NCBI GenBank assembly: GCA_029548865.1
Contig: JAKPMO010000004.1
Span: 32,001 to 96,000 of the forward strand
Direction of reading: 5' to 3'
From: Caldisericota bacterium
Lineage (GTDB): Bacteria > Caldisericota > Caldisericia > JAAYUI01
Length of the DNA stretch: 64,000 nt
The first letter of the stretch is position 1. The number at the start of each line of letters is the position of its first letter. Under the pieces are notes generated by a model. It saw nothing but the letters and a program-made list of their open reading frames with translations. It was not told where the DNA came from and did not search any database. Positions 37,502 to 46,600 of the stretch are shown here, piece by piece. A program made the position numbers and the translations under genes.

Positions 37502-39319
37502 ATGTGCGGAATTTTTGGCATTGTTTACAAAGAAGACAAGGATGATATGGGCAAGACACTCACGAAGGCCGCAAAAAGCCTTACCTATAGGGGCTATGAT
37601 TCGGTGGGTGCCGTTGCTGTAACGAAAACCGGCAAAGCTGACCTCAGAAAAGATATCGGTAAAGTGGATGAGGTTGCCAAAAAGCTCAATTTTGAGGAGC
37701 TTTGTGGCAACAGGGGCATAACCCAGCTCCGCTGGGCTACGTTCGGAGTCCCTGCGCAGAGAAATGCCCAGCCGCATTTTGACACAAAAGGAAGGCTTGT
37801 TGGTGCCCACAACGGAAACGTTGTGAATACGATACATCTCATCAAAGAACTCACAGCAAAGGGTCATGTGTTCAGGGGTGAGAACGATGGCGAGGTCGTG
37901 GTTCATGTAATAGAAGACTCATTCAATCGCCATGGAGATCTCGATCTGGCAATCAGGGAAGCAAGAAAGATACTCAAGGGCGACTACGCTTACGCGATCA
38001 CAGCGCTCAAGGGCGAGAAGATGTTTTGCACAAAGATGGGTTCATCACTTTATCTGGGAGTCGGTGACGGATTTGTTTGCTGTTCCTCCGATTTGCCGTC
38101 AATACTCAATCTCACAAACCAGATAGTTCCACTCAATGATGGCGAGTACGTCGAGTTTGACAGCGATTCTTACGAGATCCGCAACATTGAGAATGGCGAG
38201 AAGATAGACAGAAAACCAATCACTTCACCTCTTTCCCCAGAGTCGGCCTCAAAAGGCGATTTTCCGTTTTTCATGGAGAAAGAGATATTTGAACAGCCAG
38301 AAAGGGCCCAGGCCCTGCTTGACTATCTTGCCGAATGTGATGAGCTTGTCCCGTTTGCAGAAGAAATAGCTTCTGGTGACAGAGTATACCTCGTTGGCTC
38401 CGGTTCGTCGTACAATGCTTGTGTAATAGGATCGTACTACCTCAACAAGCTTGGCGGGTGCGCAACTTTCCCGGTTGTTGCAGGGTCATTTATCGAACAT
38501 TTTGGTGAAGGAATAAGACCCACTGACCTTTTTGTCCTTGTCTCACAATCAGGCGAAACAAAAGACGTCATAAACGTGTTGAACATGCTTACTGCCAGAG
38601 GAATGGCAAACAATGTCCTTGGGGTTGTTAACGTTCTGGGCTCTACCCTCATGATGCGCTCCAGAAGGCACCTTCCATTGCTCTCCAATCTTGAAATAGC
38701 TGTTGCAGCAACAAAGACTTTTATCAACCAGTCAGTTCTTTTCCTGGCGCTTGCCATTGAAGTTGCAAAGCTCAAAGGCAGGGCTGGTGATCTTCCGGAA
38801 ACGCTTGCCAAAACGCCAAAAGCAATCAAGGGCACCATCGACCAGATGAACGGCTGGGCCAAGGAACTTGCCGAAAAATACAAGGATTGCGTTGACATGT
38901 ACACGCTTGGCTATGGCGCGACCTATGGTTCTGCGCTTGAGGCCGCACAGAAGATCAAGGAAATCTCCTATGCCCATTGTGAAGGGCTCTATTCGGCAGA
39001 GTTCAAGCATGGCCCGCTTGCCATCGTCACTGAAGGCTATCCTGTTTTCTATCTCACAACCGTTGAAGACCAGCACATGACCCTTTCCCACATCAACGAG
39101 GTCACATGCAGGCTTGGCAGTGCCATTACTGTTGCGCCACCCTCTGACCTTCTGGCCAAAAACTCAACAGCATTCTACCCGCTCCCACATTCAGAGTATG
39201 CGCTTGTCCCGATACTGTCGGTTGTCTTTATGCAACTGTTCGCTTATCATTTGACTGTAGTTAAAGGATACAGTCCAGATTTCCCGAGGAACTGCTCCAA
39301 GACAATAACAGTTGACTAG
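37502..39319 (+). CDS. glmS: Glutamine--fructose-6-phosphate aminotransferase-like protein (divergent)
   Basis: N-terminal MCGI, YRGYDS and HNG; two SIS domains (SQSGET, KEISY, KHGP, PRN.SKTITV). The glutamine-pocket motifs are atypical. Confidence 0.85.
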   Translation: MCGIFGIVYKEDKDDMGKTLTKAAKSLTYRGYDSVGAVAVTKTGKADLRKDIGKVDEVAKKLNFEELCGNRGITQLRWATFGVPAQRNAQPHFDTKGRLVGAHNGNVVNTIHLIKELTAKGHVFRGENDGEVVVHVIEDSFNRHGDLDLAIREARKILKGDYAYAITALKGEKMFCTKMGSSLYLGVGDGFVCCSSDLPSILNLTNQIVPLNDGEYVEFDSDSYEIRNIENGEKIDRKPITSPLSPESASKGDFPFFMEKEIFEQPERAQALLDYLAECDELVPFAEEIASGDRVYLVGSGSSYNACVIGSYYLNKLGGCATFPVVAGSFIEHFGEGIRPTDLFVLVSQSGETKDVINVLNMLTARGMANNVLGVVNVLGSTLMMRSRRHLPLLSNLEIAVAATKTFINQSVLFLALAIEVAKLKGRAGDLPETLAKTPKAIKGTIDQMNGWAKELAEKYKDCVDMYTLGYGATYGSALEAAQKIKEISYAHCEGLYSAEFKHGPLAIVTEGYPVFYLTTVEDQHMTLSHINEVTCRLGSAITVAPPSDLLAKNSTAFYPLPHSEYALVPILSVVFMQLFAYHLTVVKGYSPDFPRNCSKTITVD

Positions 39320-39327
39320 GAGGAGAA

Positions 39328-40281
39328 ATGGAACCTAAGGCAACCCGCTTTGGTTATAGTGAAGCGCTCCTGATGCTTGGTGAAAAAGATGACCGTATAG
39401 TTGCACTTGATGCGGACCTTGCAAAATCAACATCCAGCGCGAGGTTCAGGGACAAATTTCCCGACAGATTTTTCAACATGGGCATAGCCGAGCAGAACAT
39501 GGTTGATGTTGCGGCAGGACTCGCACTATCCGGTAAAATACCCTTTGCTTCAAGTTATGGCGTTTTTGTGACTGGCAGGGCATGGGAACAGATGAGGACA
39601 ATGGTTTGTTATTCCAAGCTCCCCGTCAGGATTGCAGGTCATGCAGGTGTTTCAGTTGGAGCGGACGGAGCAACCCACCAGGCACTTGAAGATATCGCAA
39701 TAATGAATGTTCTTCCAAACATGCATGTGTTTTCGCCTTGTGATTATTATGAAACGATAAAAGCAACGATGGCCGCTGCCTATGTTGATGGCCCCGCTTA
39801 CATAAGGTTTGGAAGGGCACCGATACCGATCATAACCGAGGTTGATTCGCCGTTTGAAGTTGGCAAAGCAACCGTCATGAAGAAGGGCTCAGATGCCACT
39901 GTTGTTGCAACCGGAACAATGGTGAACGAAGCCCTTATAGCCAGCGCCGACCTTGCAAATTTTGGCGTATCAGTTGAAGTGATAAATCTCTCGACAATCA
40001 AGCCGCTTGATGGCGAAACGATACTCAATTCTGTTGCAAAAACAGGTTGCATTGTAACGGCAGAAGAGCACCAGATCACAGGTGGAATCGGCTCGATAAT
40101 AGCCAGCCTCCTTTCACTCAATTTGCCTGTTCCTCTTGAGATAGTTGGCATGGGTGACAGATTTGGGGAATCCGGCGAGCCATTTGAGCTCCTCAAGCAT
40201 TTCCACTGCAATTCCTGCGAGATCGTCCAGGCATGCCTCAGGGCCATTTCCAGAAGACAGATGTCGAGAGTGGTTCTGTAG
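39328..40281 (+). CDS. Transketolase C-terminal subunit (pyrimidine-binding and C-terminal domains)
   Basis: LDADLAKST, GIAEQNM, DGATHQALED, TIKPLD and EEH...GGIG. Confidence 0.9.
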   Translation: MEPKATRFGYSEALLMLGEKDDRIVALDADLAKSTSSARFRDKFPDRFFNMGIAEQNMVDVAAGLALSGKIPFASSYGVFVTGRAWEQMRTMVCYSKLPVRIAGHAGVSVGADGATHQALEDIAIMNVLPNMHVFSPCDYYETIKATMAAAYVDGPAYIRFGRAPIPIITEVDSPFEVGKATVMKKGSDATVVATGTMVNEALIASADLANFGVSVEVINLSTIKPLDGETILNSVAKTGCIVTAEEHQITGGIGSIIASLLSLNLPVPLEIVGMGDRFGESGEPFELLKHFHCNSCEIVQACLRAISRRQMSRVVL

Positions 40282-40298
40282 TCTGCCGGGGCTTGGCA

Positions 40299-40679
40299 TT
40301 GAAAACATATTTCATACTTTATGTGGCAAGCCAGGAAAGAAGCACTGAGTTTTACAAAAAAGTTCTTGCCAGCGAGCCGGTCCTTTTTGAGCCTGGAATG
40401 ACAGAATTTGCACTATCGGACAGTTGCCTGCTGGGCATAATGCCGGCCGTTGACATTAAGAGAATATTGGGGTCGTTGCTCCCTGAACCTTCCATTAAGC
40501 ACCCAAGTAGTGAAATTTACATGATGGTTGACGATCCACTTGAATACCACAAAAGGGCCTTGAATGCTGGTGCAGTCGAGCTAAGCCCTTTGAGGGAGCG
40601 CGGTTGGGGAGACATTGCTGCTTACAGCCTGGATTTGGACGGCAATGTTCTGGTTTTTGCAAAAAGAATCACTTCTTAA
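40299..40679 (+). CDS. VOC/glyoxalase family protein
   Basis: ILYV...RS..FY..VL and RGWGD..AY..D.DGN; TTG start is approximate. Confidence 0.8.
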   Translation: MKTYFILYVASQERSTEFYKKVLASEPVLFEPGMTEFALSDSCLLGIMPAVDIKRILGSLLPEPSIKHPSSEIYMMVDDPLEYHKRALNAGAVELSPLRERGWGDIAAYSLDLDGNVLVFAKRITS

Positions 40680-42996
40680 AAGCAAGAATAGAGTATTTCC
40701 CGTTTTCCACGGTGAGTGTTATGGCCCCGTTCTCTGCAGTCGAGAGAACGGGGATTTTCATTTCATCGAGCACCTTTGCCGTTTCTTTGTGAGCGCCATT
40801 CCCCTGGTTTGCCGAATTGGAGTTGATGGCCAGCTTTGGTGAAACGGCATCAAGCCACGATTTGAGGTTGGTGTTTTTTCCTCCGTGGTGCGGCAGTTTG
40901 ATGATATCGGCATCAAGCCACTGGCTGTTTTTCATCTCGAATGCCATTCCTTCTTCCTGCAAGTCACCAGAAAAAAGAAATTCTACTCCATCGATGTTTA
41001 TTTTGAATACGACGCTTGCATTGTTTATCTGTTTTGAGTCTTTGCCAAGTTTTTCAGCTGGAGGGCCTAGAAAAATGACCGATGTTTTTGGATCAATGTC
41101 TAGTTTTTGCCCGGGGAAAGGAAAGATTTTTTGTGCCCCTTTTGAATTTGCCAGGTCCCAGAAATCTTGTTCCTTGTATGTTCCGGAAGGCACTTTTGAT
41201 CCGATAATATTGTCTACCCTGAACTGTTCCATTACAGGAACAAGCCCGCCCAGATGGTCAATATCGTTGTGTGATGCAACAACATAGTCAATCCTGTTGA
41301 TTCCCAGATACCTCAAAAATGGGACCACGACCCTCTCTCCGATATCATAGGAAGAGTTACCTCCAAGTCCGCCTCCATCGACAAGTATTGTCTTTCCGGA
41401 GGATGTTCGTATTAGACAGCTGTCTCCATGTCCGACATCCAGAAAAGTAACCTGAGCCTGGCCATCTTTTGCATATCCAACCAGTGATCCGCCAAAGAGA
41501 ACAATAGAGATAGTCATTGTTGTTAAAAAAGCTTTTTTTACCCTTATATCATGAATAAAAGGTTTTGGCCGGCAGATGAAAAAACAGAGGCCAGCAAATG
41601 AGGTGTAATATGCAAGCCAGACGAGAACATGATAGGAGCCAATGGAGATTGTGGCCCATTCCGGAGAGGCAAGGAAACCAAGAACCATGTTTTGGAGGGC
41701 CAGAATGGGCCATGCAAGGTAGCACAGCAGAACACCAAGGGGCCTGAAAATCATTCCCAGGAAACCGGAGAGTGCGCCAAGTGGCATTATTATTTCCGAG
41801 CTTGTTATGGCCACCATGTTTGAAGCGACCGAAACTGTCGAGAATGTGTGGAAGTGGTATGCCAGTACTGGCAGTGTCGCCATCTGAACGAAAATAGTCT
41901 GGATGGCCATTATGGCGATACCGGAGTACCATCTTTTCTTCGGGATTATGTTTTCAAAGGAGCTTGTCATCACAAAGAACCCAAGGCATGCAACAAAAGA
42001 AAGCTGGAATCCTGGATCATAGATTGTTTTTGGATCTATTGCCAATAGCAGTATTACGGCAAACGCCAGTCCTGAACCGGCAGTGTATTTCCTGCCCAGC
42101 AATACCGCAGACAACGAAAGAACGGACATGACTAGCGCCCTTGATATTGATGGTGTGAAGCCGGCACTTGCGGCGTAGAGTATGGCTACAGCAATTGAAG
42201 CCACTATGGCTGTTTTTCTTGAACCAGTTATCCAGAGTAGCAGCCAGATTGAGGCAAAAACGAGTATGGTAAGGTTGAATCCTGATGCGGCCAGGATGTG
42301 TGATGTACCCGTCCTCTGGAATATGTCCAGTATTTCTTTTGGCATGTCGGATTTTCCAAAGACCATACTGTCCATTGTCGTAGCATATCTTTTTGGCAGA
42401 GCTTCGGAGAATGTCTCAAACGCATTTGCCCTGATTTTTGCGCCGATACTGTCTAGTGACAAACTTCCCTTCCCTTCAATTTTCAGGGGAGTTTCTGTGA
42501 AAATGACGCAAAAAACATCTTTTCTTAAAAGATAGTTTGAGAAATCAAACTGGCCGGGGTTTGTTGCATGGGCCGGGTTTGCCACGTTGCCGCTACCTCT
42601 TACGATGTCTCCTGCTTCCAGATTTTCTACAGGCGGAGAATAAATCCTTACTATGTTCCCAATCAATATGTCACTTTCAGATTCCTTGATCCTCGCATTG
42701 ACGACCAGCCTTTTGTCTGTGGATTCATCAATGGAAATGGCAACCCCCAAGAAATTTGCCTGTTTTGGGAAATTCGTTTCATCCTGTTTTTGTGTTGTTT
42801 GTCCGAGACTTGCTAGCAAAAAACCGGCCGCAAGAAAGCCAATTGTGAGCTTATATATCTTTTTACCAGCTGGTGCAATGATAAAAGACAGTGCTGCTGC
42901 GGCAATTGAGATAAGGATATACCATGGGGATTGGAATGAAAGCCCGAGTATTGTTCCGGCCACAAATACAACCGAACAGATTACAATAGGCGTCAT
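40669..42996 (-). CDS. comEC: DNA internalization competence protein ComEC/Rec2
   Basis: NPGQFDF, GTSHILAASG and GFQLSF; metallo-beta-lactamase domain FLDVGHGD, SHNDIDH and HHG. Confidence 0.94.
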   Translation of the reverse strand: MTPIVICSVVFVAGTILGLSFQSPWYILISIAAAALSFIIAPAGKKIYKLTIGFLAAGFLLASLGQTTQKQDETNFPKQANFLGVAISIDESTDKRLVVNARIKESESDILIGNIVRIYSPPVENLEAGDIVRGSGNVANPAHATNPGQFDFSNYLLRKDVFCVIFTETPLKIEGKGSLSLDSIGAKIRANAFETFSEALPKRYATTMDSMVFGKSDMPKEILDIFQRTGTSHILAASGFNLTILVFASIWLLLWITGSRKTAIVASIAVAILYAASAGFTPSISRALVMSVLSLSAVLLGRKYTAGSGLAFAVILLLAIDPKTIYDPGFQLSFVACLGFFVMTSSFENIIPKKRWYSGIAIMAIQTIFVQMATLPVLAYHFHTFSTVSVASNMVAITSSEIIMPLGALSGFLGMIFRPLGVLLCYLAWPILALQNMVLGFLASPEWATISIGSYHVLVWLAYYTSFAGLCFFICRPKPFIHDIRVKKAFLTTMTISIVLFGGSLVGYAKDGQAQVTFLDVGHGDSCLIRTSSGKTILVDGGGLGGNSSYDIGERVVVPFLRYLGINRIDYVVASHNDIDHLGGLVPVMEQFRVDNIIGSKVPSGTYKEQDFWDLANSKGAQKIFPFPGQKLDIDPKTSVIFLGPPAEKLGKDSKQINNASVVFKINIDGVEFLFSGDLQEEGMAFEMKNSQWLDADIIKLPHHGGKNTNLKSWLDAVSPKLAINSNSANQGNGAHKETAKVLDEMKIPVLSTAENGAITLTVENGKYSILAFKK

Positions 42997-43610
42997 TTTA
43001 TATGGAAATATTGCCTGAGTTTTTCGATTGTTTTTGGACCAACACCCTTTACCTCCCCCAACTGGTCGAAGTTTGAAATCCTACCCTTTGTTTTGATGAA
43101 TTTTATTATCTCGTTTGCAGTTTCTGCTTTAAGGTATGGGACTTTGTCGAGTTTGTCAAAAGTGGCGGTGTTTATGTCATCTGGGCCTGACCCATCCCTG
43201 TACTTAGTGTTGCTGGTTGGTTTTGCCTGAATCGAAACCATGCCACTTTTTTTGGGTGCTGGTATGGATGAAACTTGGGTAGCCTGTTTTGTTTTTTCCA
43301 GGAACTCAAATCTTTGTGTGAGGGATGATTCGATCTTGTTTTGAGCATCAGCCATAGAGCCGATTTGCAACTGTGCATCTGTTACTGCTATAACTCTTTC
43401 CATTACTGGCCAACCAATTTTGGCCGATGCGGATTTTGCCAGCTCCAGATTGTCTTCATGGCGCACGGTGTCCATTTGTGGAAGCATTATCCCGGCGATA
43501 ATGCCCACAGAGCAGCCTGCCAGAAAACAAGAAAGGCCCCATAAAAGGGCCTTTCTTGTTTCTATTGCTTCCTTCTTTTTGGTTGCAGTGACAGGATGGT
43601 TTTCTGTCAT
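42993..43610 (-). CDS. comEA: ComEA-like membrane-anchored helix-hairpin-helix DNA-binding protein
   Basis: N-terminal TM helix; C-terminal INTAT...L..VKGVGPKTIEKL; immediately upstream of comEC. Confidence 0.75.
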   Translation of the reverse strand: MTENHPVTATKKKEAIETRKALLWGLSCFLAGCSVGIIAGIMLPQMDTVRHEDNLELAKSASAKIGWPVMERVIAVTDAQLQIGSMADAQNKIESSLTQRFEFLEKTKQATQVSSIPAPKKSGMVSIQAKPTSNTKYRDGSGPDDINTATFDKLDKVPYLKAETANEIIKFIKTKGRISNFDQLGEVKGVGPKTIEKLRQYFHIK

Positions 43611-46600
43611 AGTTTCGGATAGGTGAGGGTTATTTTCTTCTCGGCAGCCTCGTACTGGACGTCGGCCCCAAGAGCATCACCAACAAACCTGAGTGGAAGC
43701 AGTGTTTTTCCACCCACTATTGTTGGGTAAAGCTTCTTCGTTTTTGAGTCTATGAATACTTCTTTGCCATCTATCTTTGCTGTTTTCTTGCCAATCCATA
43801 GCTCTATCTTTTTTGTTCCAGTTTCGAGTTTTTGAATCAGTGTTGCACGTTTTTCCTTGCCATCCCACTGTACTTCTACGCCGAGGGCCTTTGCGACCTC
43901 CGAGATGGGCATGAACGTTGATCCGGCAAGATCTTTTGGAAGTGGTGGTGACGATGAGGTTGGGGCGGTCAATAAAGTTACTGCACTTCCATTTACGAAC
44001 ATCTGTGTTTTTCCGAGCCAGAGCTGGATGATGGTCCTCTTCTTCAAAATGACAGTGACTGTGAGTGTTGTCGTTTTGCCTGTAAGGTCCGTTGCCTTGA
44101 TTGTTATTTTGTTTGGGCCGTCCTTCAGTGTTACTGTTTTCTGGAATTCCCTGTATTCGTTTACCTGAAGTGGTTCACCATTTAGAGTGATTGATGCTAC
44201 CTCATCAACCCAACCTTTTATTTCAAGAGCTGGATCGTTTACTGTCATGCCGTCTTCAATTCCGATAAGGTTGATTTCTGGAGGTGTGCTGTCCCTTATT
44301 ATTGTTTTTCTTATTCCTGTCGAGCCACCTGATTCATCAGTTGCGATTATGACAAAATTGTTTTTGCCTTCCCTGAGCCTTGCCTCGTATTCATAGGAGC
44401 CATCAGGTTTTACAGAAACAAGTCTACCATTGATCGTAAGGGTGATTGGATATTGCGGATCGCTGCTTTTGGCTATGCCCTTTATTACATATATTTCCTG
44501 GTCGACTATTATATCATCTTTGACATCAGCGGTGAGGGTTGGCGGTGCAATCTGGGATATGATATCCATGGTTGCTGTTGAGCAACCAACATTTGTAAGG
44601 ACTTTATCACCCTTTTCACCATACATTGTTACATCGCAGACTTCGACTTGTGTTCCGAGTTTTGTCTGGCCCTTCACACCTCTGAGAACCACTGAGAAAA
44701 GCTTGTTTTCACCTTTCCTGAATTCTGTTGATTTTATCTGTACTGTTGCGATCCCCTCGCTTGATCTGTCGATGAAATCATACGTTGTGTCCTTGCTGGG
44801 GAAGAAGTCGCCAAGGCTGGTGTGGCTCACTGTAAGCACTGAAGCATCGTACCTTACAGAGAACCTGGCTTCCTTGATGCCTATGGGTGTGCTGATGTTG
44901 ATGTCAACCCTTGAGCTATGGCAGGACTGGTTTTCCGAACAGCTGATGATCTTTTTTGGATTGGCTTCCAGCAAGAGCCTTGCATAGAGCACTTCCACTG
45001 GTATTTCAATCTTGTGCTGCATTTCCTGCCCATTTGTAGGGTTGCCTGTTGCCACTATGCACATCTTGGCTTCTGAAATCTGGAGTGCAGAACCACCTTC
45101 AGCTATCACATGGGCTTTGAAGGGCGGGATGCCTGTGTTTGGTGTTATTGTTACCTTTATGGATGCGTTATCGGTGCAGTTGCTTATGCTTACTGGTCCG
45201 TCAAAATCGTTGATTGGGTTGATGCTTATGTCAAACTCTGTCTTTGATCCTGATGTCAGCTCGACCCTTGGTACTGGTGACGTGAAAGTGAAGTCTGGTG
45301 GCAATCTCGGGATTGTCTCTATGCTTGTAATGTTGCTCCTGGCGTCAATCGGGCTTGAACTTGTTTTGATGTCAAAAGAAGCGGTTATTCCTGGTTGGGC
45401 ATCTTCAGGTGGCAGGGCTTTTATTGATACAATTGCACTTTGCATTGGCCTTAGGGGGATATCAAAATTCTCGGCCTTCTGCTCTTTACCATCAACCTGG
45501 ATTATATAATCCCATCCAGCTGCTTTGATGACTGGGGAACAATGGATTGGGAAGGAATGTGTGCTTGTATTGGTCACGTAATATTTGAACTCGGCTTCCT
45601 TGTCGACTTCAAGTTTTATGTTTTCTGTTTGTGTCCTTACTGTATATTGATTAACAACAGGCTGTTCGTAAAGGTTGATGTTCGAACCCTGGTAGATCTC
45701 TTTTGAGTTGTTGTTCTGGATCCAGACTACTATGTTGGCGTTATCCTTGTTGACCCACTGCGGAAGCTTTAGGGTCATCCTCTTGTATATTGGTTGACCC
45801 TCAACAAGTGTTATTGGTTCTCCAAGGGGGCCAGTGTACATCTCCCTGACTACCATGTTGTGGTATGAATCACCATTTGTAGCTTCAAAGGGAATATTGT
45901 TTTCGGCGAGAATGACATACAGGGCAATATTTTTCTGGTTTTCAAATGCCTGAAGCGTCTCGATTTCAATTCCGAGTTCAACGGTATCATCAAGAACTTC
46001 TGTTTCGGTGAATATTGATAGTTGAGAAGACATGCTCTGTCTTCTCTCAACTTCAGTTTTATATCTCAAATAGGTAAATGTTGTCCCGGAGAATTTGTCG
46101 CATTTCTTTTTGTCTTTTGGGGGCTTTTGTCTTTCTTCCGGAGTGTCTCCTCCAATGATGGAGTTTACGCCATCTATAAAAGTGGTTGGGAGTCCTTGTC
46201 CGGGGTACCATTTATACCTCTTGTCTGCAGGTGAATAATATAGGTGGGCATCATCTTCTTTTGAGTCGACATAATACATGAGCCAAACAACTCTCTTGTC
46301 TCCGAACTCGTTGACAAGCATTTCTCCAGCCCTGTGGGCGTATGGACAGTTGATGCACCAGACAGCAGTGAAAGTCTCTCCAATTGAAGTTCTTGGCTCG
46401 AATGACTGGTTTCTTGAGACAATCAGAGTGATGTCAAGCCTTGTTTCATATTTTATTTTTGGGCTCTGGCCAATAATCGTTATGTTGTATATTCCTGGTG
46501 CGATAATTGTAGTTGCCCTTATTGACATTACAGTTGATGTTGATTTCGAAAGTGTGAGCAGTGGCTCAGAAAATTGAATATATGTACCTCTTGGGGTCCC

